The notes: generated by a model from the sequence alone, not told the origin. DNA of 64,000 bases from an uncultured Actinomycetes bacterium (GCA_963720945.1 CAVRHH010000024.1:1-64000); one strand, 5' to 3'; numbered from the stretch's first letter, positions 38,047-48,096 are shown. Program-made: numbers and translations.

Positions 38047-39189
38047 TTGATGAACGAGGTGCCGTCGGCGGAATCGCGGATAGTGCACGCCGGGACGCAG
38101 CGGCACCCCGGTGCCCCGGCCGCCCCTCCGCTGGTCCCGGCCAGTGTCTACGCCTCCTGGGGCGAACCCGACCCGCCGCGTGCCTACGGGCGGAACGGGA
38201 ATCCGAGCTGGGAGGCACTCGAGCAGGCGCTCGGCGTGCTGGAGGACGCGGAGGCGGTCGTCTTCGCCTCGGGTCAGGCGGCGTCGATGGCGCTGATGCT
38301 GGCGCTGGCGAAGGGCCGGGAGCAGGTCGTGCTGCCCTGCGACGGTTACTACAACACGCGGATGCTCGCCGACTGGTTGCGGCCGCACGGCGCCGCACCG
38401 GTATCTGCCGACCTGCTGGACCTGGCCGAGGTAGAGCGGCACCTCGGCGCGGGCCCCGCGGTGCTGTGGGCCGAGACGCCGACTAACCCGCTGCTGCGGG
38501 TCGCCGACCTGGGTGAGCTGGGCCGCCTGGCCGCCGCCGCGCGCGCACCCATGATCGTGGACAACACCGTGGCGACGGGCCTGCTACAGAAACCGCTGGA
38601 GCTGGGCGCGGTCGCCTCCCTGTGCTCGCTGACCAAGGCGGCGTCTGGCCATTCCGACGTCCTGCTCGGTGCGGTCATGACCCGGGACCCGGAGTTGCTG
38701 AACGACCTCAGGGGCTGGCGGTCGGTCGGCGGCGGCATTCCCGGGCCGTTCGAGAGCTGGCTGGCGCTGCGCGGGCTGAAGACCCTGGCGCTGCGCGTGA
38801 CCCGCCAGTCGGAGAGCGCCCTCGCGATTGCCCGGCGTCTCGCCGCTCACCCGCGGGTCCGCGCGGTCCACTATCCCGGCACCGGGCCGGCGACGCTGGA
38901 GGTGGCGAGGCGGCAGATGCCCCGCGGCTTCGGCCCGTTGCTCTCCTTCGAGGTCGACGGGATCGCCGCCGACGCGGACGCCGTCATCGCAGCGTCGCGG
39001 ATCATCCTCCCGGCGACCAGCTTCGGCGGGGTGGAGTCCGCCTGGGAACGGCGCGCCCGGTGGTCATCGGAGACGGCCCCCGAGTCGCTCATCCGGCTGT
39101 CGGTGGGCATCGAGCCGGCGGACGACCTCCTGGCCGATATCGACCAGAGCCTCGCCGCCGTGGGCCGGCCAGAGCCTGGCCGCCCCTAG
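38047..39189 (+). CDS. PLP-dependent trans-sulfuration family enzyme (cystathionine gamma-synthase/lyase-like)
   Basis: SLTKAASGHSDVLLG lysine-PLP motif. 380 aa. Confidence 0.8.
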   Translation: MMNEVPSAESRIVHAGTQRHPGAPAAPPLVPASVYASWGEPDPPRAYGRNGNPSWEALEQALGVLEDAEAVVFASGQAASMALMLALAKGREQVVLPCDGYYNTRMLADWLRPHGAAPVSADLLDLAEVERHLGAGPAVLWAETPTNPLLRVADLGELGRLAAAARAPMIVDNTVATGLLQKPLELGAVASLCSLTKAASGHSDVLLGAVMTRDPELLNDLRGWRSVGGGIPGPFESWLALRGLKTLALRVTRQSESALAIARRLAAHPRVRAVHYPGTGPATLEVARRQMPRGFGPLLSFEVDGIAADADAVIAASRIILPATSFGGVESAWERRARWSSETAPESLIRLSVGIEPADDLLADIDQSLAAVGRPEPGRP

Positions 39190-39210
39190 GCCGCCCCATT
39201 CGTTGCCGGC

Positions 39211-39300
39211 GCCCGCCTTCCCCGCTCCTGCCTCTCCGCGCCTGCCTTCCCCGCGCCCGCCCTCTCCGCGCCTGCCGTCCCCGCGCCCGCCCTCTCCGCC
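39211..39300. repeat. ~30-bp tandem repeat x3 (cctgccttccccgcgcccgccctctccgcg), intergenic
   Basis: Units 39241-39270 and 39271-39300 are near identical. A degenerate copy lies at 39211-39240. Confidence 0.7.
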
Positions 39301-39399
39301 TCGGTCGCCCCGATGTACGCGAGGCCCGAGGGCAGGTGGGAGGGTGCCAGAGCGCGCGGGTGGCGGGACGTTCACCCGCAGGCACCCCTGCGCACCTGA

Positions 39400-40056
39400 T
39401 CAGGGGGCGCGGGGTCTGGTCTGGCTGGGTAGCGGGCTGTCGAGGGTGAGCCAGCCGCCGGGGTGAGTGAAGTGGAGGGTGCCGTTGGGGCTTCCGGTGA
39501 TGGTCCAGCCGAGCTGGTGGATGAAGTAGTGGTGGTGGACGAAGCAGAACAGGGCGGTGGTGTCCAGGCTGGTGGTGCCGCCCTGGCTCCACGGGGTGAG
39601 GTGGTGGGCAGTGCACCAGGCGGCCGGGATGCTGCAGCCGGGGCTGCGGCAGCCCTGGTCGCGGGTTTCCAGCGCGCGGCGCAGGGCGGCGGTCTCGGTG
39701 CGGTAGCGGCGCCCGACATCCAGCGGGAGGCCATCACGCCAGCGGATGAGGCTGATCTCGGCGCGGCAGGCCAGGGCGAGGACCTGGCGGGCGGTCAGCA
39801 GGGCCCCATAGCCGGTCTGGGCGGGCGGCGCGCCTGATGTCCCGGCCAGGGTCTGTTCTTCGGCCAGGATGCTCAGGTGCGGGGCGGCGCCGTGCCGGGT
39901 GCCGGCTGTGCCGGAGTCCAGCGCGGCCTTACAGGCGGCGGTCAGGCCGTCCATCCGCCGTTGCGCCGCGGTGCGGGTGTCCCCGGTCCCGGCCGGCGGC
40001 CCGAACGCGTCGACCGCGGTGCGGATGATCTCCAGTGACAGGGCGTCCCCGCACAT
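39400..40056 (-). CDS. HNH endonuclease domain part of a DUF222-HNH (REP13E12-like) protein
   Basis: CRSPGCSIPAAWCTAHHLTPWSQGGTTSLDTTALFCFVHHHYFIH is the HNH motif of the DUF222 family. Confidence 0.7.
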   Translation of the reverse strand: MCGDALSLEIIRTAVDAFGPPAGTGDTRTAAQRRMDGLTAACKAALDSGTAGTRHGAAPHLSILAEEQTLAGTSGAPPAQTGYGALLTARQVLALACRAEISLIRWRDGLPLDVGRRYRTETAALRRALETRDQGCRSPGCSIPAAWCTAHHLTPWSQGGTTSLDTTALFCFVHHHYFIHQLGWTITGSPNGTLHFTHPGGWLTLDSPLPSQTRPRAP

Positions 40057-40136
40057 CCCCGAGATCGCGCCGGACTGATCGAAGGTAAACCCGAGCGAGA
40101 GGTGCCGGCGCTCGAACCGTTTCTGCTGCCGTTCCT

Positions 40137-40694
40137 CTACCCCATCCGGGTCAGCCCGGTAGACCAGCTCCTCGCCCAGGCGGCGCAGCTGGGCCGGGTC
40201 CAGGCCCGGCGCCGGTTCCGGCCCGGCCGCCGGCGAGGCCGCATCCGGCGCGGGAGCGGAGCCGGCTGGGGCCGGGCGAACGCGAGTAGCTGCTCCTCGA
40301 CCGCCCCGGCCGCCGCGTCATCACCAAGCTGGCCAGCCGCCCGGCAGATCGCATGTGCCGCATCGAAGGAGACCTCCCCGGCCATCAGCGCTCTCCCGGT
40401 GGCCGGCAGCCGCCGCAGGGCCCGCCCGGTCGCGACCAGTTCCCCGGCCCGGCCCGGCGCGCGGCCGCAGCCGTGCCGCAGGAACGCCGCGGTGGAGGAA
40501 TACCCCGCCTCGGCCGCACCGCCGACCGCGTCCAGCGCCCCGGTCAGGCGGGCCAGCTCGCCCTGGGCCCGGTCGATGAAACCCGCCAGATCCCGCACCT
40601 GATCCAGCAGGGTCAGCGGATCGGCGGTCCCGGGGCCGAGACCGGCCAGCTCGGCCAGCACCCAGTCCCGCGCGGACACTCCAGGGGAACACAT
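40137..40694 (-). CDS. DUF222 N-terminal part of the same protein, separated from the HNH part by a frameshift between 40056 and 40137
   Basis: 185 aa. The tail becomes off-frame-like (…RRMRPRRRPGRNRRR). Confidence 0.55.
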   Translation of the reverse strand: MCSPGVSARDWVLAELAGLGPGTADPLTLLDQVRDLAGFIDRAQGELARLTGALDAVGGAAEAGYSSTAAFLRHGCGRAPGRAGELVATGRALRRLPATGRALMAGEVSFDAAHAICRAAGQLGDDAAAGAVEEQLLAFARPQPAPLPRRMRPRRRPGRNRRRAWTRPSCAAWARSWSTGLTRMG

Positions 40695-40734
40695 AATCGA
40701 ATCATCCCACGAGCCAACGACATTTTACGCTCCT

Positions 40735-41427
40735 GTGAGCGGGGGCCTGGCCCGGCAGGAAGTCTTGGCGACATTTTCCGGGGCTGGCTCCGGCAGGCGA
40801 TCCGGGCGGGCTGGTGCCGGCGGTAACTCTCCGGAAAGCCCGGGCACCCTGCTCGCGCAGGGTGCCGCGGGCGGTGTCGGGTCGATGATCACGCAGCTGG
40901 CCCGGGCGCTCACCAGGGTCACGGTGATCGGCACCGCGTCGCGGCCCGAATCCCAGCAATGGGTGCTCGACCACGGCGCCCATCACGTGGTGGGCCACCA
41001 TGACCTGGTAGCCGCGGTGCGCTCGGTCGCGCCGGCCGGCGTCACGCACATCTTCTCCCCGCACACCGCGGGCGCGATCGGCAACTTCGCCGAGATCCTG
41101 GAGCCGTTCGGCGCGATCACCGCGATCGACGAGCCCGAAGGGCTGGACCTGCTGCCGCTGAAGAACAAGAGCATCAGTTTTCACTGGGAGTTCATGTTCA
41201 CCCGGCCGCTGTTCGAGCCGCCCGACATGATCGTCCAGCACGAACTGCTGGACCGGGTGGCCGGCCTGGTGGACGAGGGCGTGGTCCGCACGACGCTCAC
41301 CCAGGAACTGAGCCCATTCAACGCCGAAACGATGCGCCGTGCGCACGCGCTGGTGGAGGAGGGGCGGATGACCGGCAAGGTGGTGGTGTCCGGCTTCCCA
41401 GCGCGCCGAAGAACACCACCCCGATGA
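40735..41427 (+). pseudogene. C-terminal fragment of a zinc-binding/MDR-family dehydrogenase (quinone oxidoreductase-like) lacking its N-terminal catalytic domain
   Basis: AQGAAGGVGSMITQLARA Rossmann motif near the start; no GroES-like N domain. Confidence 0.4.
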
Positions 41428-41760
41428 CCGCCACGCCGACCGAGTTGCCGAGCCGAGGGTCACGCCGTAGGGGGTGATAGCCGTGACCCGCCGCCGTCCC
41501 TCGTAGGTCACGCCGATCAGCGAGAGCGTCTGCGGCCCGGCGAGGGCGGCGCCGATCCCCTGCACCGCGCGGCTGATGATCAGTACCGCCGCGTTCCCGG
41601 CCAGACCGCAGGCCAGCGAGGCCAGGGGAACAGGGGGAACAGGGCCAGGCCGGTGACGAACATCCGCCGGCGGCCGTACCGGTCACCGAGCCGGCCCCCG
41701 GTGATCAGGCCCACGCCGTACGCCAGGCCGTACGCGGTGACCACCCAATCGAGGGGGCCG
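41400..41760 (-). pseudogene. Fragments of an MFS transporter, in two different frames
   Basis: GGRLGDRYGRRRMFVTGLALF (MFS motif A) and LAGPQTLSLIGVTYEGRRR. Confidence 0.35.
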
Positions 41761-41783
41761 CGGCGGACCTGCTGGAACCGCCG

Positions 41784-41990
41784 GTGAACGTGCTGCGGCT
41801 GAGCCTTCACCCGGAAGGGACCGCGCCGCGCATCGCCAACCTGGGGCAGTGGCGTCAGCACGTGCTGAGCCGGGTGCGCCACCTGGCGGACCGGACCGGT
41901 GACCCGTTCCTCGGCGAGCTGTACGAAGAACTGCGCGGTTACCCAGGCGACAACGCCGGGCCGGTGCACGATTCAGGCCCGGCGGGCGCG
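41784..41990 (+). pseudogene. C-terminal fragment of an MmyB-like (XRE-associated) regulator
   Basis: NVLRLSLHPEGTAPRIANLGQWRQHVLSRVRHLADRTGDPFLGELYEEL. Confidence 0.3.
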
Positions 41991-42048
41991 GCGGATGTCG
42001 TCGTGCCGATGCGGATCCGGGCCGCCGGCGGTGACCTCTCCTTGCGCC

Positions 42049-42606
42049 GCGGCGAAGTCCTGCGCCGACGGCGCCTCGACGGCCTACTTCCAGCAGCACC
42101 TGGCCACGTTCGCCTCGCAGTATTACCAGTTGCTGGAACAGCTGGCCACGCTCCCGTCCCACCCCCGCGTGCTGATCAACCTGTACTACAACCCGTTCGA
42201 CCTGCGGCAGCAGTGCCTCACCAGCGAGGGTCTCGACGCGGCGAAGGAGAAGGCGCTCGGCGCGCTGCTCGCCGCACTGAACCAGGTCCTGGCCAACGGC
42301 GCGACCGCCGCGGCACAGATCCCGGTCCAGCCGGACTTCACCGGTCACGCCCTGTGCGATCCCGGGCCGTACGTCCAGGGCGTCAACGATCCCGCGCCGT
42401 TCCACCCCACGGCCGCGGGGGAACTGGCCATCGCCCTGGCCGACGAGCAGGCGCAACAGCAGGCGGAAACCTATCCCGGAGCCACCCCGTCGGGCTCGGC
42501 GGCCCCGCTGGACTCCATCGGCCCGTCGGCGCTGCTGCCCACCGGGTCGCGCACCACCCCGTCCGGCCGCTCACCAGGCGCTACACCGGCCCGCCCGCAG
42601 CGCTGA
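42049..42606 (+). pseudogene. C-terminal fragment of an SGNH/GDSL hydrolase
   Basis: ...DPAPFHPTAAGE catalytic His block. No N-terminal GDS(L) block. Confidence 0.35.
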
Positions 42607-42710
42607 GCTGAGGTCCCTGGCCGGGCCGGGTGAGCCCCCCGGGTCGGGCCGGGTGAGCTGTGGCGCCTGTGGCAAGCTTGGCTCGTACGGGAGGAAGGAA
42701 CCAGACCGCG

Positions 42711-43817
42711 ATGACAGCACCGCAGCAGCCGCCGCCCGAGCCACAGCCGATCGTCACGCCGCTGAGGACCGCGGCGATTTTCCTCGTGCTGACCATCGAT
42801 CCGGGCGGCGAAGACACGGCACGGGACCTGCTGGCCGACGTGGCCGCGCTGCAGCGGTCGGTCGGATTCCGGCTGCCGGAGGCGGATCTGGCCAGCGTGG
42901 TGGGGATCGGGTCGGCGGCCTGGGACCGCCTGTTCAGCGGCCCGCGGCCCGCCGAGCTGCACCGGTTCCGCGACCTCCAGGGCGCGAAGCACCACGCCGT
43001 GGCCACCCCGGGCGACCTGCTCTTCCACATGCGCGCCAGCCAGATGGACCTCTGCTTCGAGTTCGCCACCCAGGTCATGAACCGGCTCGCCGGGGCGGTG
43101 ACCGTGCAGGACGAGGTGCACGGATTCCGGTACTTCGACGAGCGCGACCTGATGGGCTTCGTGGACGGGACCGAGAGCCCCGGCGGCCGGGCCGGGGAGG
43201 CGGCGGCCCTGGTCGGCGCGGAAGACCCGGACTTCACCGCCGGCAGCTACGTCATCGTGCAGAAGTACCTGCACGACATGGACGCCTGGAACGCGCTGAC
43301 CACCGAGGAGCAGGAACGGGTGATCGGCCGCACCAAGCTGTCCGACATCGAGATGCCCGATGACGTCAAACCGGCCAACTCGCACGTCGCGCTGAACACC
43401 ATCGTCGATCCGGACGGCACCGAACGGCAGATTCTGCGGGCCAACATGCCGTTCGGGTCGGCCGGCAGCGGGGAGTTCGGCACGTACTACATCGGGTACG
43501 CGGCCAGCGTCAGCGTGACCGAGCGGATGCTGGAGAACATGTTCGTCGGTGACCCGCCCGGAAACTACGACCGGATCCTGGAGTTCTCCACGGCGGCCAC
43601 CGGGACCCTGTTCTTCGCGCCGTCGGCCGACTTCCTGGACGACCTGCCCGAACCGCCGTCCGCGGCCGGCGTGACTGGCGCGGCCGGCGTGACTGGCGCG
43701 GCCGGCGTGACTGGCGCGGCGGGCGACGCGGCGGACGGGCCGGAGGCCGACGGCGCCCCGGCTTCATCCAGTGGTTCACTCGGAATCGGCAGCCTGAAAA
43801 GGAGCACTCCGCAATGA
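42711..43817 (+). CDS. Dyp-type (dye-decolorizing) peroxidase with C-terminal encapsulin cargo-loading peptide
   Basis: DyP fold motifs (FVDGTESP; GSYVIVQKY). C-terminal SGSLGIGSLKRS matches the family-1 encapsulin targeting peptide. ATG at 42711 with GGGAGGAAGG RBS. Confidence 0.9.
   Translation: MTAPQQPPPEPQPIVTPLRTAAIFLVLTIDPGGEDTARDLLADVAALQRSVGFRLPEADLASVVGIGSAAWDRLFSGPRPAELHRFRDLQGAKHHAVATPGDLLFHMRASQMDLCFEFATQVMNRLAGAVTVQDEVHGFRYFDERDLMGFVDGTESPGGRAGEAAALVGAEDPDFTAGSYVIVQKYLHDMDAWNALTTEEQERVIGRTKLSDIEMPDDVKPANSHVALNTIVDPDGTERQILRANMPFGSAGSGEFGTYYIGYAASVSVTERMLENMFVGDPPGNYDRILEFSTAATGTLFFAPSADFLDDLPEPPSAAGVTGAAGVTGAAGVTGAAGDAADGPEADGAPASSSGSLGIGSLKRSTPQ
43665..43718. repeat. 18-bp tandem repeat x3 (gccggcgtgactggcgcg) encoding (AGVTGA)3 in the flexible linker before the DyP targeting peptide
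   Basis: Direct reading. Confidence 0.85.
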
Positions 43818-44617
43818 ACAACCTTTATCGCGAGCTTGCGCCCATTACCGATTCCGCGTGGGCCGGCATCGAGGAGGAGGCCCGGCGCACGTTCCGCACC
43901 TACGTGGCCGGCCGCCGGATCGCCGACGTGGAAGGACCCGGCGGCCCCACGATGGCTGCGGTCAACACCGGGCATCTGGGCGATGTGGACGCCCCGGCGG
44001 ACGGGGTGATCGCGCATCTGCGCGAGGCCAAGCCGCTGGTCCGGTTGCGCGTGCCGTTCACGCTGAGCCGGGAGGAGATCAACTCCGTCGAGCGGGGCGC
44101 GCAGGACGCGGACTGGCAGCCGCTCAAGGAGGCGGCCAAGAAGATCGCCTACGCCGAGGACCGGGCGATATTCGAGGGCTACCCGGCGGCCGGGATCGAG
44201 GGAATCCGCGCCGCGACGACGAACCCGGCGCTGGCGCTGCCCGCCGACCCGCACGACTATCCCGACGTGATCATCGACGCCCTGACGGCGCTGCGGCTGG
44301 CCGGCGTCAGCGGCCCGTACTCGCTCGCGCTGAGCACGGCCGCCTACGACGCGATCAACGTGACGTCCGATCACGGGTACCCGATCCGGCGGCAGATCGA
44401 GCAGCTGTTCGACGGGGACATCCTGTGGGCGCCGGCCATCGACGGGGCCTTCCTGCTGTCCGCGCGCGGCGGCGATTACGCGCTCTGCCTCGGCCAGGAC
44501 CTGTCGATCGGCTACCTGTCGCACGACACGGCCAAGGTGGAGCTGTACTTCCAGGAATCGCTGACCTTCCTCGTCTACACGACCGAGGCCATCGTCGCGA
44601 TCAACCCGCAGCCCTAG
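43814..44617 (+). CDS. Family 1 encapsulin nanocompartment shell protein (linocin M18-like)
   Basis: MNNLYRELAPITDSAWAGIEEEA... HK97-fold encapsulin signature. ATGA overlap with the DyP stop. Confidence 0.9.
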   Translation: MNNLYRELAPITDSAWAGIEEEARRTFRTYVAGRRIADVEGPGGPTMAAVNTGHLGDVDAPADGVIAHLREAKPLVRLRVPFTLSREEINSVERGAQDADWQPLKEAAKKIAYAEDRAIFEGYPAAGIEGIRAATTNPALALPADPHDYPDVIIDALTALRLAGVSGPYSLALSTAAYDAINVTSDHGYPIRRQIEQLFDGDILWAPAIDGAFLLSARGGDYALCLGQDLSIGYLSHDTAKVELYFQESLTFLVYTTEAIVAINPQP

Positions 44618-44668
44618 CCGGCCGCCCGGGCCTGGCCGACCGCAGGGCCCTGACCGGCCAGCGGGACG

Positions 44669-44932
44669 CTAGCCGGCCACCGGGCCGATGGCGGCGAAGC
44701 GCACGTCGCGGACGCTGGCCGCCGGCGCGGCGAAGGCCAGCACCCGGCCGGCCTCGGCGGTGACCTCGTCCCGGTCGCGGGCCGGGACCCGGTCACTGAA
44801 CAGCTCGACCGTCAGCGTCGCAGTGTCCCGGGACCGGCTCAGCCGCCACATGCCGCGGACGAACCCGCCGACCAGGACGGTGCCAGGAAACACGTTCAGC
44901 AGGCTGAACAGGCGCTTGCGGTGATCCTCGCT
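44669..44932 (-). pseudogene. C-terminal fragment resembling winged-helix DNA glycosylase (AlkZ/YcaQ-like) proteins
   Basis: 88 aa from an internal ATG. The N-terminal 110 aa of the ORF are off-frame-like. Confidence 0.25.
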
Positions 44933-45145
44933 CATGATCCGGGAGCGGTCGTCGTGGGACAGTTGAGCGCCTGACGGCTCAGCACCTCCGCTCCCATCAA
45001 TCTCCTTCCGGCCGGCCCGCCGCTGCCCAGCCACCGGGGCTGCCTCCCCCCATCGTGGCCCATGCCACTGACACTGGCCGCAACCGGCATGAGACAGACT
45101 GGGGCGGCATGAGCTGACCGGGATACCGCAGAGAGGAGCCGGTCT

Positions 45146-45430
45146 TTGCGATTCGTGTTCACCCCGCCCGCCGGGGAAGCGGCCGGGCTGCTGTCCCTGC
45201 CGTGGAATGAGCCGCTGGAAAACTGGCAGGACGAACGGCTCGTCGAGATCCGCCAGCGCGGGATCTCGCCTCACGTGGTCCGCTTCGTCATCGACGACGG
45301 CGTGCTGTACGCGCTCAAGGAGCTGAGCGAGAGGTTCGCCCGCCGTGAGTACCGGCTGCTGCGATCACTGGCCGAGCTGGGCGTGCCCGCGGTGCCGCCG
45401 GCGGGGCCAGCTACGGCACCGGCGATCGTC
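45146..45430 (+). CDS. Hypothetical protein N-terminal segment; frame decays where it overlaps glgA
   Basis: ~90 aa of plausible protein sequence (RFVFTPPAGEAAGLLSLPWNEPLENWQDERLVEIRQRGISPHVVRF...), then composition turns off-frame-like. Confidence 0.2.
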
Positions 45431-46658
45431 AGCCGCTGGAGGCGGACGCCAGTTCGGAGTAGAGCGCGGCGGTCTGCTCGGCGATCGCCCGCCAGCCGAA
45501 CTCGGCCACGGTACGTTCGCGGCCTGCCCGGCCCATCGCCTCGGCCAGGCCGAGGTCCCGCACCAGCGTGTTCAGCGCCTCGGCCAGCGCCGGAGGGTCG
45601 TCCGGCGGGACCAGCAGGCCGGTCTGGCCGTCCGCGACGACCTCCGGGATGCCGCCGACCCGGGAGCCGACCACGGCCGTGCCGCACGCCATCGCCTCCA
45701 GGTTGACGATCCCGAGCGGCTCGTACAGCGACGGGCAGGCGAACACGGTGGCGTGCGTCAGCAGCTGGATGACGTCGTGCTTGGGCAGCATCTCCGGGAT
45801 CCACACCACGCCGGACCGGCTTGCACGCAGCCCGTCGACCAGGCCGGTCACCTCCTTGAGCAGCTCGGGGGTGTCCGCCTGGCCGGCGCACAGCACCAGC
45901 TGCGCCGCCGGGTCCAGCTGTGCCGCCGCGCGGAGCAGCACCGGGACGCCCTTCTGCCGGGTGATCCGGCCCACGAAGATCACGTAGGGCCGGGCCGGGT
46001 CGATGCCGTGCCGCTCCACCACGTCAACCGCCGGGTCCGGCGCGTACTCACTCGTATCGATGCCGTTGCGGATCACCCGGACCCGGCCGGGATCGACCTC
46101 CGGGTACGCCGCGAGGATGTCCGCGCGCATGCCGTTGGAGACCGCGATCACGGCGGCCGCGGCGGTGGCGGACACCCGCTCACACCACGACGACAGCGCG
46201 TACCCGCCGCCGAGCTGCTCAGCCTTCCACGGCCGCAGCGGCTCCAGCGAATGCATGGTCATCACGTGCGGGATGCCGTACAGCAGCGACGCCAGATGGC
46301 CGCCCAGGTTGGCGTACCAGGTGTGCGAATGCACCAGGTCGCTGCCCTCCGCGCCGGCGGTCATGGAGAGGTCGGCCGAGATCGTCTGAAGCGCCTGATT
46401 CGTGCCGGCGAGCAGCTCCCACGGCCGGTGCGCGACCGCATCGGGCCGGTCCTTGCCCTGGCAGTGCACGGTGAGATCGACAAGGCCGGCCAGCTCGCGG
46501 GCCAGGTAGGTCACGTGCACGCCCGCCCCGCCGTAGACCTCGGGCGGGTACTCGCGGGTGAGCAGCGCCACCCGCAGCCGGTACTGCGCGGCCGGCGCCG
46601 AGACCGGCCCGGTGACCGGGGCCGTGACCGGATCCGGGCCAGGGGTGGCGGTCGTCAT
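45429..46658 (-). CDS. glgA: Glycogen synthase / alpha-maltose-1-phosphate synthase-type GT4 glycosyltransferase (GlgA/GlgM)
   Basis: GT4 fold with [15 protein letters not shown]-terminal motif and [32 protein letters not shown] 46656-46658 overlaps the glgC stop (ATGA). Confidence 0.85.
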   Translation of the reverse strand: MTTATPGPDPVTAPVTGPVSAPAAQYRLRVALLTREYPPEVYGGAGVHVTYLARELAGLVDLTVHCQGKDRPDAVAHRPWELLAGTNQALQTISADLSMTAGAEGSDLVHSHTWYANLGGHLASLLYGIPHVMTMHSLEPLRPWKAEQLGGGYALSSWCERVSATAAAAVIAVSNGMRADILAAYPEVDPGRVRVIRNGIDTSEYAPDPAVDVVERHGIDPARPYVIFVGRITRQKGVPVLLRAAAQLDPAAQLVLCAGQADTPELLKEVTGLVDGLRASRSGVVWIPEMLPKHDVIQLLTHATVFACPSLYEPLGIVNLEAMACGTAVVGSRVGGIPEVVADGQTGLLVPPDDPPALAEALNTLVRDLGLAEAMGRAGRERTVAEFGWRAIAEQTAALYSELASASSG

Positions 46659-47893
46659 TGCGTCACCGGCTGGCCCTTGCCGACCACCGTGACGCCGCCC
46701 GCCGACACGACGAAGCCGCGGGCCCGGTCGTGTTCCTTGTCCACGCCCACCATCACGCCCTCGGGGACCTCGACGTTCTTGTCCAGGATCGCGTTCCGCA
46801 CCACGGCGTGCCGGCCGATCCTGGTGTTGTGCAGGACGACCGAGCGCTCCACCGAGGCCCAGCTGTTGATCCGGACGCCCGGGGACAGCACGCATTCGCG
46901 CACCAGGCCGCCGGACACGATCACGCCGTTACTGACCAGGCTGTTGACCGCGCGGCCCACCCGGTCACCGGATTCGTGCACGAACTTCGCCGGTGGCAGT
47001 GAGGGCACGTAGGTGAGGATCGGCCAGCGGTCGTTGTACAGGTTGAACAGCGGCTGGATGGCGCACATGTCCATGTGCGCGTCGAAGTAGGAGTCGAGCG
47101 TGCCGACGTCACGCCAGTACGGGACGTCGTCCGGGTGGGAACCGGGGATCTTGTTGCTCAGGAAGTCGTACGCCTGCGCGGAGCCGTCGCGGACCAGCAT
47201 GGGGACGATGTTGCCGCCCATGTCGTGCCGGCTGGAGTCGTCGGCCGCGTCCTTCCGCAGCGCGTCGACGAGCACGTTGGTGTCGAACACGTAGTTGCCC
47301 ATGGACGCGTACGCCAGGTGCGGGCTTCCTGGGATGCCCGGCGGCTCGGCCGGCTTTTCCAGAAACGCCTCGACGGTCCGGCCATCCTTGCCCACGCCCA
47401 CCACGCCGAAGTCGGTGGCCTCCTCGCGCGGCACGGGGATCGAGGCCACCGTCACCCCCGCGCCGTGCGCGATGTGCTGCTCGATCATCTGCGACGGGTC
47501 CATCCGGTATACGTGGTCGGCGCCGAAGACGATGACGTGGTCCGGCTGCTCGTCGTTGATCAGGTTCATCGACTGGTAGATGGCATCGGCCGAGCCGGTG
47601 TACCACTGCGGGCCGAGCCGCTGCTGGGCCGGCACCGGGGTGACGTAGTTGCCGAGCAGGGCGCTCATCCGCCATGTGGTGGAGATGTGCCGGTCGAGGC
47701 TATGGCTCTTGTACTGAGTGAGGACACATATTTTCCGGATGCCGCCGTTGACGAGATTTGACAGCGCGAAATCGATCAGCCGGTAAAGGCCGCCGAACGG
47801 GACCGCCGGCTTGGCGCGGTCGGCCGTCAGCGGGCTGAGGCGCGTACCTGCGCCGCCGGCGAGCACGATCCCCAGAACGCTGGGATCCGGCAT
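46655..47893 (-). CDS. glgC: Glucose-1-phosphate adenylyltransferase
   Basis: [23 protein letters not shown], left-handed beta-helix C-terminus. 412 aa. Confidence 0.9.
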   Translation of the reverse strand: MPDPSVLGIVLAGGAGTRLSPLTADRAKPAVPFGGLYRLIDFALSNLVNGGIRKICVLTQYKSHSLDRHISTTWRMSALLGNYVTPVPAQQRLGPQWYTGSADAIYQSMNLINDEQPDHVIVFGADHVYRMDPSQMIEQHIAHGAGVTVASIPVPREEATDFGVVGVGKDGRTVEAFLEKPAEPPGIPGSPHLAYASMGNYVFDTNVLVDALRKDAADDSSRHDMGGNIVPMLVRDGSAQAYDFLSNKIPGSHPDDVPYWRDVGTLDSYFDAHMDMCAIQPLFNLYNDRWPILTYVPSLPPAKFVHESGDRVGRAVNSLVSNGVIVSGGLVRECVLSPGVRINSWASVERSVVLHNTRIGRHAVVRNAILDKNVEVPEGVMVGVDKEHDRARGFVVSAGGVTVVGKGQPVTQ

Positions 47894-48096
47894 GGTGGCC
47901 CTCCTTTCAGCATGGTGGCGGGCTGCGTTGCCCGGGGGTTACCGCCATGCTCCCTTTCCATGCCCTGCCAGGGAAGCTTTCAACGGTTTAACACCAAAAG
48001 AAGCCGCCGGCCCGCCTGGTAACGAGGCGGCGGCAGGGCGCCCGGACCGGGCCGCTGGCACAGATGGTGATGGGCCGACCGGCGGAGGGTGGCCGC

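Noticed and set aside
37670-38047. SAM-IV riboswitch upstream of the trans-sulfuration gene
   Set aside because: The expected conserved cores (GGCAACC; GGGUGCCCCGGGUGA) were not found by eye. It is kept only as an unclassified candidate leader.
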